Shown: positions 40,805-50,645, counted from the stretch's first letter. The stretch is DNA of 64,000 nucleotides from an uncultured Fibrobacterota bacterium (GCA_963729895.1 CAVSQB010000027.1:40761-104760); one strand, 5' to 3'. Translations and numbers: made by a program. Notes: a model not told the origin generated them from the letters alone.

Positions 40805-41365
40805 TTATCTTTCAATCCAAAATTCTGTATTGTATTGGTTGATTTCATTATTGAGATGGTTTTCCGAATCAACGGCCCAAAGCAAAGGATTATTACGGAT
40901 ATATTGGCGGATATTGAATAATGATTTTTCGTCCAGGATAATATGGTCGTGATAATTCCGTTGCCATATTTTTTCAATCCCATTCCGCCGCATCGCGTTG
41001 ATTCGTTTCGTTGATCGATATTTGAAATATGCCACCATGTTTCCCAACGTCGGTTTTCGCGCGGTTGGTTTTTCCGTATCACCGGTTGCATTCGTAACCC
41101 CGTCCGTCGCGTTTATAGGGGCGCGGTCATCGCGCCCCGTATTTTGGTCATCGCGCCCCACGGGATTGCCCAATCCCGAAACAGGGCGCGATGACCGCGA
41201 TGTTTCAGGTTGCCACGTTTCCATGGGGCGCGATGACCGCGCCCCTACGGATGCAAAATCCCGAATAATGATGATGCCATGAACGTGGTTCGGCATAATG
41301 GCGAATTCGTCCAAATGGATATGCGGATAATGTGATGGCAATTCGTTCCAACAATGACGAATGTT
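40805..41365 (-). pseudogene. REP-associated tyrosine (HUH/Y1) transposase, 5'-truncated
   Basis: W..LP.HY, LDEF.IMPNHVHGII, LG..V..FK, WQRNYHDHII and IRQYI.NNP..W. The expected N-terminus is replaced by repeat-module DNA. Confidence 0.85.
41116..41248. repeat. GTAG-type REP sequences inside the RAYT gene
   Basis: (G/A)TAGGGGCGCGGTCATCGCGCCCC at about 41116 (+) and about 41224-41248 (-), with partial copies at about 41146 and 41183. Confidence 0.8.
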
Positions 41366-41369
41366 GTTT

Positions 41370-41875
41370 TCTCTTTCGCCATCAGCGCCGCCCCATGGGA
41401 CCGGCGGATTGGTCCGCTCGCGTCGTTCAAGGCCGGCATCTTTTGAAGATTGGAAAAATGTCCTGCCGGACGCGTTCGCGAGCGGCCTGCCGGCCACATA
41501 GGTACCGGCGGAGCTGCGGGCGCGGCGTTCTTTGCTCACTTTCTTTCGCTGCAGAAAGAAAGTGAGTCTGGGTTCGGGAGTGAAGCTCCTGACTCGGTTG
41601 TTGCGCAGCCCCCCGGAGTACGCGGCGACCAGCGCCACTGCCGGCGCGGCGTTCTTTGCCTACTTTCTGTCGCTGCTGATAGAAAGTAGGTAGGGGTTCG
41701 GGGGCGAAAGGGCAAGTGACATAATGGATGGTGCGAGCACCACTACCATACCCTTACGAAACGATAGTGAGACCCTCCCGGCTCCGTTGTCAAGCGGCCC
41801 GGTGCGGAGGCCGAGGAGTTTTAGCGGAGCTGCAGGCGCGGCACGGAGCGCGGCGCCGGAAGCCGCCCCCTTAAA
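41370..41875. repeat. Repeat modules B and C (two hairpin C copies)
   Basis: Module B at 41378-41530. ACTTTCT...AGAAAGT hairpins at about 41528-41593 and 41651-41705, also found at about 42827 and 46178. Confidence 0.8.
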
Positions 41876-41885
41876 ATTCTTGATA

Positions 41886-42347
41886 TCATTCATTCTCGCT
41901 TCTCTTTACTCTCTGTATCATCCCATCAAGACTCTGCAAAAACCTCGACCTGTCTTTTTTCCCGAATTGCGCGGGCCCGCCGGTTATTGTTCCGGATTCA
42001 CGCAATTCTTTAAGGAGGTCCCTTGTCGCCAGCGAATCGCCAATATCCGAATCAGAAAATTCCTTGCCTGTCGTGCCCAAAACCAGGGCGCCTTTCTTGA
42101 GGCAGCGGGACGCCAGGGGAATGTCTCCGGAAATCACGATGTCGTTTTCCTTGACGTTTTCAACGATCCAGTCGTCAGCGGCGTCGAGGTTGTCGCCGAC
42201 GATAACGAGCTTGAGACATTTTTTCTCCGGCACCCGCATCCAGGAGTTTGCGACCAGCGTAACGTTGAGTTTGTACCGCTCCGCGACGTGATAGGTTTCC
42301 CGTTTTACAGGGCAGGCGTCGGCGTCTATGTATATGTTTATTGGCAC
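41886..42347 (-). CDS. YaiI/YqxD (DUF188) family protein
   Basis: IYIDADACPVK, DAADDWI, DIPLA and F...DRSRF...LD motifs. Confidence 0.93.
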   Translation of the reverse strand: MPINIYIDADACPVKRETYHVAERYKLNVTLVANSWMRVPEKKCLKLVIVGDNLDAADDWIVENVKENDIVISGDIPLASRCLKKGALVLGTTGKEFSDSDIGDSLATRDLLKELRESGTITGGPAQFGKKDRSRFLQSLDGMIQRVKRSENE

Positions 42348-42414
42348 GTGATATCCCCTTTAGAATAATAAAATAAATTGGGCGTTTCCCCGCTTTGTAG
42401 AGAGGCAAAGGATC

Positions 42415-42895
42415 TGGGCGCCCCGCCACGTATGAAAGACTTGGGCGTTCCCCTCGCTGCGCTCGGGTCGGTTCTCCTTCCGGTCTCGGGCGTTGCCTCG
42501 GGCTGCCACGGCCGTATGCCGCTTCGCCGCCGGTCCGGGCAGCATCCCGCTTTGGCGGGACCGCCAGTCGCCCCTAACGCGCGGCAATGGAATTCCTTTC
42601 AGTCAATTATTTCTATTTGCGCCAAACGGCATTTGCAATAAATCAATCATGGACCAACGCATCCTTCTTTTTTCTTCCCGCTATCAGCGACGGCCTGAGG
42701 GCCCAAGGTTTGGCCGCTCGTGCTGTTTGAACCCGGCATCTTTGATCAAAGCCTAGATTTATCCTGCCGGGTGAGTTCATGAGCGGCCCTTGGGCCCGAG
42801 GACAAGCCGGAGCTGCGGGCGCGGCGTTCTTTGCTCACTTTCTTTCGCTGCAGAAAGAAAGTGAGTCTGGGTTCGGGAGTGAAGCTCCTGACTCG
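42415..42895 (+). repeat. ~420-bp structured repeat, copy 1, plus module C
   Basis: 42415-42835 is near-identical to 45761-46186. Confidence 0.92.
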
Positions 42896-43005
42896 GTTGA
42901 TGTGCGGCCCGGAGGCCGAAGGGTTCGGGAGTGTAGAATGCAAGTTTACAGACCGGATGAAAACGAACGTGGACCTATGGGTGTGCGCCGCTTGCGCAGA
43001 TGTTG

Positions 43006-43185
43006 CTATTTCCTGTAGTCTTTCCGCTTTTCTTTTACGACCATCTGTCTGATCGTCTTTCCGTTCTTATACACCACAAGGGGGGTGAACGTTGCTGCTG
43101 CGGTCCGCCGCGCCTGCCGAGCGGCGCGAAGCAACGCCGGTTTGACCTTGGCCATGTCTGCATCCTTGATTTTTATTGAGTTCAT
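43006..43185 (-). CDS. 59-aa basic partner protein of the zeta-like ATPase (not in ORF track)
   Basis: Manual translation MNSIKIKDADMAKVKPALLRAARQARRTAAATFTPLVVYKNGK... with ATGA overlap and GGAGG RBS. Confidence 0.7.
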   Translation of the reverse strand: MNSIKIKDADMAKVKPALLRAARQARRTAAATFTPLVVYKNGKTIRQMVVKEKRKDYRK

Positions 43186-43712
43186 GGATTTTCACCCTCC
43201 TCAACCAGTTTCGGAGTTTCGGCCGAATTGTCGTAAACCGCCCATGTGTCAACAATATCCCGATAAATCAGACGAAAGTTTTTCTGCCCTGAGAAGAAAC
43301 GACGTCGGATAACATCCGCCGGTACTGAATGGCCGCCCTGTTTGACCCGCACGGCCACGCGCTCGATGGCAATTTTTACATTGGGCAATTGTAAGAATAT
43401 GAGTTTCACGCGAAACCCATGTTTTCGCCAGTGCGGAATCAGTCGCGCATAGACCGACCCGCTCAACGTGGTCTCAAAAGCGAAATTCTCACCTCGACGG
43501 AAATGCTCTTTTATTTCCTTAAGCATCAATCGTCCTGCCCGAATCGCGGCAACCTGGGGCCTGAAAGGCTCCAGCCCGGCGGCAATCAGGTCGGCATTTA
43601 CAAACACAGGACACCCGGCCTCGTCCGGCAGGTATTCGCGTGCGAACGTCGTCTTCCCAGCTCCGTTCGGACCTGCAATAATGACGATTTTCTTTTCTGA
43701 ATTGCGTGACAT
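43182..43712 (-). CDS. Zeta-toxin-like P-loop ATPase
   Basis: IAGPNGAGKTT, FVNAD.IA, FAFETTLSG, RV..RV.QGGH and YDNS motifs. Confidence 0.9.
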   Translation of the reverse strand: MSRNSEKKIVIIAGPNGAGKTTFAREYLPDEAGCPVFVNADLIAAGLEPFRPQVAAIRAGRLMLKEIKEHFRRGENFAFETTLSGSVYARLIPHWRKHGFRVKLIFLQLPNVKIAIERVAVRVKQGGHSVPADVIRRRFFSGQKNFRLIYRDIVDTWAVYDNSAETPKLVEEGENP

Positions 43713-43741
43713 CGTTTTCAACAAGGCCTAGGTTCTATTAA

Positions 43742-45035
43742 GGGGACCTCTAAAAATTCTGTAAAATAGTAGATTCCAAGATCATGTTGACAGATAGTAT
43801 TATTTCGCGATGTCAGGGCGTCTATTTGTCTGATAGGTGCCCAAAACTGTTCTTTTTTCGGTCCCTTTGGGGGCCTTGTGCGGTCCTGTCCCGCTTTTCA
43901 GGCGTGGCACTCAAGATATGCAAAGCGTTTTATGTTGTAAACCAGGTTCAGGAGTCCTATCTTCGCCGCGGCCCTCAGCCGCCCGATACACCTGATCCTG
44001 CCACGAAACATGATTTCTATTTGAGCAAACACATGTTCTATACGCGATCTGACTTTGGATTTCTTCCGGTTCTGTGCCAATTGTGCTTCCGTCAATGGTG
44101 CGCCACGAGTCCCTTTGACACATATTTTGCTTCTGTACCAGAGATAATCAAGCCTTTGTTCCGCCTTTTCCGAATGATACGCGCTGTCGGCAAACACGTC
44201 CGCGTTCGTGTTCTCAGGATTAAGGAGAGGTTCAAGCATATTGGAGTCGTGCACTTCTGCGGATGTCGCCGCATAGTCTCGAATGATTTTATGCTTCGCG
44301 TCTACCGACGCATGGTTCTTGTAGCCAAAAAACGTCTGATCGTTCTTCTTCGTCCATCGCGCATCAACATCTTTCTGACGAAGTTTCTCAGGGTGCTTTT
44401 CCCATTCCTGCGGCGTGCCCCCGTTCTTGATTTCTTTATTCTCCTCCCGCGTGTTTCTCTGGCGAGGTACCTCGACAAAACTCGCATCTATTATTTGGCC
44501 TTTCTGGGCAGTGTAACCCGCTTCGTTCAACTGACGACCGAACAGGTCAAACAGCTTCTTGACAACGCCTGCTTGTGTCAGCGTTTCCCGAAACAACCAG
44601 ACCGTTTTCTCGTCGGGAATGCTATCCTCGGAAGTGAGTTCAAGAAACCGTTTGAACGTCAATCGGTCCAGAATCTGAAACTGGGTTTGCGCATCGGAAA
44701 GCCCATACATCGTCTGCAACACGAGAATCTTGAACATCAGGATATAATCGTACGGTGGACGACCGGCGTTGCTCTTCCGTTCCTTGCGAAAAGCCTTGTC
44801 AATAACAGGACGAAAACTCTTCCAACGTATGGCCCGATTGATGGTTTCAAGAGGGTCTCCCATTTCGGAAAGCTCGGAAAGGCGATTCTCAAGGTCAAAA
44901 AGGCCTATCTGTCCCATCGCAATATCCTCCAGACGGTAGTGGGTTCGCAGGTTTGTTGTCTGGAATTAAAATAATTGACGAAATAGCCTTTGTCAAGCAT
45001 TAATTGGGCAAATTAGGCAATTTTTAGAGGTCCCC
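43742..45035 (-). mobile_element. IS5-family element, copy 2 (inverted)
   Basis: Same 17-bp inverted repeats and 1294-bp length, TTAA flanks and identical protein to copy 1. Confidence 0.97.
43898..44917 (-). CDS. IS5-family transposase
   Basis: Identical translation to 5759..6778. Confidence 0.96.
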   Translation of the reverse strand: MGQIGLFDLENRLSELSEMGDPLETINRAIRWKSFRPVIDKAFRKERKSNAGRPPYDYILMFKILVLQTMYGLSDAQTQFQILDRLTFKRFLELTSEDSIPDEKTVWLFRETLTQAGVVKKLFDLFGRQLNEAGYTAQKGQIIDASFVEVPRQRNTREENKEIKNGGTPQEWEKHPEKLRQKDVDARWTKKNDQTFFGYKNHASVDAKHKIIRDYAATSAEVHDSNMLEPLLNPENTNADVFADSAYHSEKAEQRLDYLWYRSKICVKGTRGAPLTEAQLAQNRKKSKVRSRIEHVFAQIEIMFRGRIRCIGRLRAAAKIGLLNLVYNIKRFAYLECHA

Positions 45036-45482
45036 TTAAGAAAGATCAAGATCATTTTGAGCAAGAATCGTTAGATTTATCGCCTCAGGTAAAAATAATC
45101 AACGAGCGGCTATCGATGAGAATAAGTCTGGGCGTTTCCCTCCCCGTTCGTCTCCATACAGCCCGCGCTCCGCGCGGCCCGCTCGACGAACGGGTTACTG
45201 TCCCGCCGGTCATTGAGTAGATGCGAAGCATCGTATCGAAATGCCGGCCTTCGGGGAGCGGCACTCGACAACCACGCGTGATTAGTCAACCGCAAACCTG
45301 AGTTGTTCCTGGTCTTGGTTCCCGCCATCAGCGACGCCCCCGACTCGGTTGCACCGCTGCGCGAGAGTGCCGGGCGCCCCGCTCATGTTAGAATCTTAAG
45401 AGCGACAGCCTCGTGATAATAATCTTGGTGGAGGCCCCGTATTCTTTCCCAGAGGCGATCCGTCCGATGAAAGGGTCAAACA

Positions 45483-45737
45483 ATGACCAAAACTCCAGGC
45501 TATGTTCTCAGACCCAGGGGTAAAGCCGTGAATGCAACGTCTCCGGAGGCCGCGTCCATGGTTGCCGTGGAGATGAAAGCGGAACTGTTTGCCGCCTTGT
45601 TGGAGTTGCGGCAGAGGGTTCGCTTACGGGCCTATCAAATTTTCCTTACCTGTGAGGGTGATTCCTGTGCGGCTAATGACAATTGGATCAAAGCAGAGCA
45701 AGAAGTGAAAGCGACGTCCCCGAGGCCGGAGGACTAG
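45483..45737 (+). CDS. DUF2934-like small protein
   Basis: VRLRAYQIF...G....NW..AE.EV motif. Confidence 0.6.
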   Translation: MTKTPGYVLRPRGKAVNATSPEAASMVAVEMKAELFAALLELRQRVRLRAYQIFLTCEGDSCAANDNWIKAEQEVKATSPRPED

Positions 45738-45760
45738 CCGCTCGAAGGTAGGTCAAGAGT

Positions 45761-46340
45761 TGGGCGCCCCGCCACGCCGGAATATGAAAGACTTGGGCGT
45801 TCCCCTCGCTGCGCTCAGGTCGGTTCTCCTTCCGGTCTCGGGCGTTGCCTCGGGCTGCCACGGCCGTATGCCGCTTCGCCGCCGGTCCGGGCAGCATCCC
45901 GCTTTGGCGGGACCGCCAATCGCCCCTAACGCGCGGCAATGGAATTCCTTTCAGTCAATTATTTCTATTTGCGCCAAACAGCATTTGCAATAAATCAATC
46001 ATGGACCAACGCATCCTTCTTTTTTCTTCCCGCTATCAGCGACGGCCTGAGGGCCCAAGGTTTGGCCGCTCGTGTTGTTTGAGCCCGGCATCTTTGATCA
46101 GAGCCTAGATTTATCCTGCCGGGTGAGTTCATGAGCGGCCCTTGGGCCCGAGGACAAGCCGGAGCTGCGGGCGCGGCGTTCTTTGCCTACTTTCTGTCGC
46201 TGCAGACAGAAAGTAGGTAGGGGCTTGGGGGGACGCCCCCGACTCAGTTTTACTGTGGCACGGGGTTCCAAGGGGCGTTTGCTGCTGACAAGGGGTTCGG
46301 GGCTGACCGCCCCGACTCCGTTGCAGCGCGGCCCACGGCC
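45761..46340 (+). repeat. ~420-bp structured repeat, copy 2, plus module C variant
   Basis: Direct repeat of 42415-42835, followed by GGGGTTCGGGG...CCCCGAC hairpins. Confidence 0.9.
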
Positions 46341-46375
46341 TAACTTGTCTTAAGAGAAATACCAGACAACCAATG

Positions 46376-46422
46376 AAAAAAGCCCATCCCTCTTGAAAAC
46401 AAAGTCTCAAGAGGAATAGGCC
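46376..46422 (-). terminator. Candidate intrinsic terminator
   Basis: Stem CCTCTTGA/TCAAGAGG with a T-run on the minus strand, downstream of 46501. Confidence 0.5.
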
Positions 46423-46500
46423 TTAGTAATGGCTGGCCGGACAAGGACAGGGCCCGAACTCGCGGCTTGTGGCTCGATCGGGCCGCGCCCGTTCTTCCTC

Positions 46501-47061
46501 TTACGCCTTGGCTTCGGCCTGCCAGTGACCGTGGACCGTGCACAATTCAACCACGCGAATCTTTGCGCCCGCGGCCTTTGTGTAAAAGGTGGCGGCGGGA
46601 TCGGCCCCCGTGGTAAGCATCATCCGCGCAAAATACTTGTCGTCCGCGTAGCAGTCGATGAACGCGATCCGGTGGGCTTCTTCCATGGGATGAAGCTTTT
46701 TCCCGATCCTTACTTCAACTTCGTAGGTGGGGGTTTCCGGGATCAGGCTGGATTTCTTTTTCACCGTGATGGCCGGTGTATGGGAGATTCCGGCATCTTT
46801 GTAATTTGAAATCGCATCCGTAAAAACGGTATTGTTTTCGGTAAATTTCTCCTTTGGAGAGTGGCACACCGGGCAAGTTTCGGGCGCCATGCCGAACTCC
46901 ACGTGCCCGCACACGGTGCACACGTAAATGTCCTTGGCCATGGGCATCGCCTCTTCTTTGCCGACGACCTCAAATACCGGTCCCGCAGCCATTACCGCGG
47001 CGCCGATAGCGGCCGCACCCAGAAACTCCCTGCGGCTGACATTGCTCTGTTCCAGATCCAT
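46501..47061 (-). CDS. Rubredoxin-domain superoxide reductase (desulfoferrodoxin-like) with twin-arginine leader
   Basis: SRREFL leader, CTVCG...CPVC, HTP, HPM...H.I and CTVHG.W. Confidence 0.85.
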   Translation of the reverse strand: MDLEQSNVSRREFLGAAAIGAAVMAAGPVFEVVGKEEAMPMAKDIYVCTVCGHVEFGMAPETCPVCHSPKEKFTENNTVFTDAISNYKDAGISHTPAITVKKKSSLIPETPTYEVEVRIGKKLHPMEEAHRIAFIDCYADDKYFARMMLTTGADPAATFYTKAAGAKIRVVELCTVHGHWQAEAKA

Positions 47062-47160
47062 AAACCCTCCTTTGGGATTTAAAATGAAGGTGAAGGAAAA
47101 AACACGCGAACATCGGTGCGTGAAAAGGGGTGAAAAGTGGTCATGGAGTGATAAGAAACC

Positions 47161-47175
47161 GCAATTACTATGCCA
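47161..47175 (-). promoter_or_regulatory. Candidate sigma54 promoter
   Basis: Minus strand reads TGGCAT-AGTAA-TTGC, 100 nt upstream of the SOR gene. Confidence 0.65.
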
Positions 47176-47269
47176 AGGAAAGGCGATTTGGAGGGTTTTT
47201 GGGGGGAAAATGATTCAGTTTCGTGGATTGGCTGGAGGGTTTGGCCGCTCGCATTAAGATCAAATGCTT

Positions 47270-47645
47270 CTGGTTGGCTGAGCCGGGTGACACCATAGGT
47301 GGAGTAAATGGGTCAAGACTTGGGCGCCCCGTCCCCATCGGGACGGCGGCCCTTCCTCCACGCTCGGCCCGTCGGCCTCGGTACCGCCTGCCACTGTGGC
47401 CCTTCGGGCCGCGGTCAGGCGGCACTGCGCTTTAGCGCACGTTCCAGTCCGGCCTGGCGCTTGGCAGAAGGCAATGTCCACAATTGTCAAGATCGATTCA
47501 ATCGAATGGCTGAAAAGTTGACGATTTAGTTCGGTTGAGAATTTTGCAACCGGGTGCCTGTAGGGTGCGCGCAGCGGAGGTTCCGGGCTTGCCGCCACTC
47601 CCTCCACGCTGCACCCGCTGGGCAACCCATAATATCATTTGGATA
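47270..47645. repeat. Modular intergenic element L6 (arms reversed, core +)
   Basis: GGCTGAGCCGGGTGACACCATAG (reverse right arm), core from 47321 and reverse left arm at about 47540-47630. Confidence 0.8.
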
Positions 47646-47762
47646 TTTGCCGCACCGGCTTTCCTGCCATGCATCATAAGACGACCAAGCAATCTTGATT
47701 TAAGAAATGCATATTCCGGTTCCCATGATTATTTTAAGAATGCAAACCACAATGGAGCCGCA

Positions 47763-48782
47763 ATGAACCAGGACGAAAACGCCCATGCAGACAATCCCCG
47801 TTTTGCAATTACCATGGGCGATCCGGCCGGCATCGGGCCGGAAATCGCGCTCAAGGCCCTTGCCTCACGCGATCTTCCCGTGGGATGCCGAATATTCATC
47901 ATCGGCGATCTCGCCGTGCTCGAAGAAAACAGGCGGATCGTCCCTGCCGCTCCCTTGCTGCGCGCCATGGCATCTGTGGATGATTTCGGAGCCGGCGCCG
48001 TCAACGTCCTTGACATGAAGCAGGTCGGCCGCACGGATTTCTCGGTGGGGAAGCCGCAGGCGGCGTGCGGAAAAGCCTCATACGCCTACGTGCTGAAGGC
48101 CATTGAGCTCTGCATGAACAGACGGATCTGCGGCATGATAACCAACCCGATAAGCAAGGAAGCCCTTCACCTGGCCGCTATCGATTTCCCGGGCCACACC
48201 GAAATTCTTGCCGCCCGCACCGGCGCCAAAGAATTCTCAATGTTGTTCGCCGTGGAAAACGTGTACGTGGTGCACGTCACCACGCACGTGAGCCTCAGGG
48301 AAGCCCTGGGCCTTGTCACACGCGACAGGGTGCTCACCAACATCCGGCTGCTCGACCGCACGCTGCACATGCTCGGCATGAAGTCGCCGCGGATCGCGGT
48401 GGGCGGACTCAACCCGCATGCGGGCGAAAACGGCCTGTTCGGCGACGAAGAGGCCCGTTTTATCGCACCGGCCGTGAACGCGGCCGTGCTCGAAGGCATC
48501 GGCGCCAGCGGCCCGTATTCGCCCGATACCGTGTTCATGCGCGCGTTCAAGGGCGAGTTCGACGGCGTTGTGTCGATGCTGCACGATCACGGGTTTGTCG
48601 CGCTCAAGTCCCGCGATTTTGAGAGCGGGGTCAATATCACCGTCGGCCTGCCCATCATCCGCACCTCGGTGGGCCACGGCACCGCGTTCGACATCGCGGG
48701 AAAAGGCGTTGCGTCGGAGAAGAGTTTATTAGCCGCGATTAAAGCGGCCTTGATGCTATGGGAAAACAGGAACAAAGGATAA
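47763..48782 (+). CDS. pdxA: 4-hydroxythreonine-4-phosphate dehydrogenase family protein
   Basis: ITMGDPAGIGPE, FPGHTE, GLNPHAGE.G, HD.G and IIRTSV.HGTAFDIAG motifs. Confidence 0.93.
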   Translation: MNQDENAHADNPRFAITMGDPAGIGPEIALKALASRDLPVGCRIFIIGDLAVLEENRRIVPAAPLLRAMASVDDFGAGAVNVLDMKQVGRTDFSVGKPQAACGKASYAYVLKAIELCMNRRICGMITNPISKEALHLAAIDFPGHTEILAARTGAKEFSMLFAVENVYVVHVTTHVSLREALGLVTRDRVLTNIRLLDRTLHMLGMKSPRIAVGGLNPHAGENGLFGDEEARFIAPAVNAAVLEGIGASGPYSPDTVFMRAFKGEFDGVVSMLHDHGFVALKSRDFESGVNITVGLPIIRTSVGHGTAFDIAGKGVASEKSLLAAIKAALMLWENRNKG

Positions 48783-48802
48783 TTAAAAATCGTAGAGAAA
48801 AA

Positions 48803-48839
48803 ATGGGCGCCCCGTCCCCGCCGGGACGGGGCGCCCAAA
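48803..48839. terminator. Repeat-derived hairpin between convergent genes
   Basis: TGGGCGCCCGTCCC...GGGACGGGGCGCCCA, matching the start of the repeat core. Confidence 0.6.
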
Positions 48840-48855
48840 TCATTTTCCTTGAACG

Positions 48856-49680
48856 CTAATTGTCACTTGCACACCTGAACCCGATCATGCTGTCCCTGGC
48901 TTTCGGTTTTTCACTGCCGCGAGCGCCGCTGCGGATCTTCTTCGCATCGTCCATCCACGAGCCGCCCCGCAGTACCTGGAAACGCCCGGTGCTTGACAAA
49001 GGATTGTTGACCGCGCTCGTGCGATAAAAGGCATCGGAAAACTTGTCGGCGCACCATTCCCGCACGTTGCCGAGCATGTCGTACAGACCTTTTGCGTTTG
49101 GCCGCTTTTGCCCCACGGGGTGCGTCCGGCGTCCCGCGTTGGAGGAGAACCACGCACAGGCGGTATCGGGCTCGTTTCCCCAGTAATATCGCGTATCGCT
49201 GCCGGCGCGCGCGGCGTATTCCCATTCCGCCTCGGTGGGCAGGCGCTTGCCGTTCTTTTCGCAGTATTCTTTGGCCTCGTCCCACGACACGTATTCCACC
49301 GGGCAATTGGGGCATTTTCCGAACACCGACGGGTTCTTTTTTGTCGCGCTTTCGTACTCGGCCTGCGTCACCTCGTAGCGGTCGATGTAGAACCCGCCGA
49401 GGCATACCCGGTGCGCCGGGTGCTCATCGGGATCACCCTCGCCTTCCGGGCTTCCCATCACAAAGCAGCCGCCCTCGATATGCGCCATGTTGATGTGGGA
49501 CGGACCGGCGGGCGGTTCCGCGTGAAGCGCCTGCGCGTTGATCGAAGAATCGGATTCGGAATCGGGCGCAGCGGTGTCGGACGCGCCGGGAAGATGGAGG
49601 TACATCTTCACGTCGTCGGCGCGGGCGGGCAGTGCCGCAAGACAGACGGCGGTTGACAGGATCGCAAATAGAAGTTTCAT
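48856..49680 (-). CDS. Secreted formylglycine-generating enzyme (SUMF1) family protein
   Basis: F.MGS...DE.P.H.V, YEVT, RLPTEAEWEYAAR, GLYDM.GNV.EW, RGGSW and GFRC motifs. Confidence 0.92.
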   Translation of the reverse strand: MKLLFAILSTAVCLAALPARADDVKMYLHLPGASDTAAPDSESDSSINAQALHAEPPAGPSHINMAHIEGGCFVMGSPEGEGDPDEHPAHRVCLGGFYIDRYEVTQAEYESATKKNPSVFGKCPNCPVEYVSWDEAKEYCEKNGKRLPTEAEWEYAARAGSDTRYYWGNEPDTACAWFSSNAGRRTHPVGQKRPNAKGLYDMLGNVREWCADKFSDAFYRTSAVNNPLSSTGRFQVLRGGSWMDDAKKIRSGARGSEKPKARDSMIGFRCASDN

Positions 49681-49744
49681 GGTGACCGATTCCCAAGGTG
49701 CTGAGAATTTATGCGCTTTAGCAAAAGAAAAGCTACGCCTCTGG

Positions 49745-50135
49745 GCTGATATCGAGATAAAGATTTGGGCGCCCCGCTGCTGTGCGGCAATATCGAAGTG
49801 GCGCCACGGATTGCCGAGCCGGGCGGCGAATATCAAGATCAGGATATTATTTTTGTTTGCTGAGCCGGTGCCGCGTAGAGTACCCTTGGCAAGCCCGTAC
49901 CTTCGGTTGCGCGCACCGTAGCAGCACCCGGTTAATAAATGCTCAGCTGCAAACAGCCACTGCCATCGATTCAACTCTTCAACTTCGGAGTGCTTCATTG
50001 CCCTTCACAACAGCACTTCGAGGGTGCCCCCCAGCCGAGGATTGGATTCTCGCAAATAAACTTACTTGGGGGTCACCCGGCTCAGCCATCCAAATATATT
50101 GGATCTTGATTTTCCGGCCCAGCCATCCAAAAGCA
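49745..50135. repeat. Modular intergenic element L7 (arms without internal core)
   Basis: Repeats at 49812 and 49858. Right arm at 50022-50135 with two CCGGC(T/C)CAGCCATCCAAA units. Confidence 0.8.
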
Positions 50136-50165
50136 TTTTCATCATCCTTACACCTACCTATTACT

Positions 50166-50645
50166 CTAGAAATCCACCAATTCGACCTCAAAAATCAACG
50201 TTGCGTTCGGAGGAATAGGCCCCATGCCGGCCGGGCCGTAGCCGAGGCTCGGCGGAATGATGAGGGTGCGCTTCTCCCCCTTTGACATCATGAGAAGGGC
50301 TTCGTCCCAGCCCTTTATCACCTGGCCCGCGCCCACGGTGAACTGGAACGGCTCGCCGCGCGGAATGGAACTGTCGAAGACTTTCCCGTCTGTAAATTTT
50401 CCGGTATAGTTGACCTTGATTGACGTACCGGCCTTGGGCTTGACCCCGTTACCCTTTTTGAGGACGATATACTTGAGCCCTGATTTCGTGGTGACGGTGT
50501 CGGAAGCCCTGGCGGCTTTCCTGGCTGCCATGGAGGCCTTGTGGGGTTTTGGGGCGGGGGCTGCCGCCGAATCCGGAGATTCGCCGGCGGACATCGCGGT
50601 TCCGGCCATTGCACAAATGCCGATGATGCAAAGAAGATGCTTCAT
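50166..50645 (-). CDS. FKBP-type peptidyl-prolyl isomerase
   Basis: V.YTG...DG.VFDSS, VIKGWDE and [13 protein letters not shown] motifs with a signal peptide. Confidence 0.96.
   Translation of the reverse strand: MKHLLCIIGICAMAGTAMSAGESPDSAAAPAPKPHKASMAARKAARASDTVTTKSGLKYIVLKKGNGVKPKAGTSIKVNYTGKFTDGKVFDSSIPRGEPFQFTVGAGQVIKGWDEALLMMSKGEKRTLIIPPSLGYGPAGMGPIPPNATLIFEVELVDF

Noticed and set aside
41365..41638. N-terminal part of the 277-aa ORF as true RAYT sequence
   Set aside because: It is translated repeat DNA. The same peptide appears from 42746..42943.
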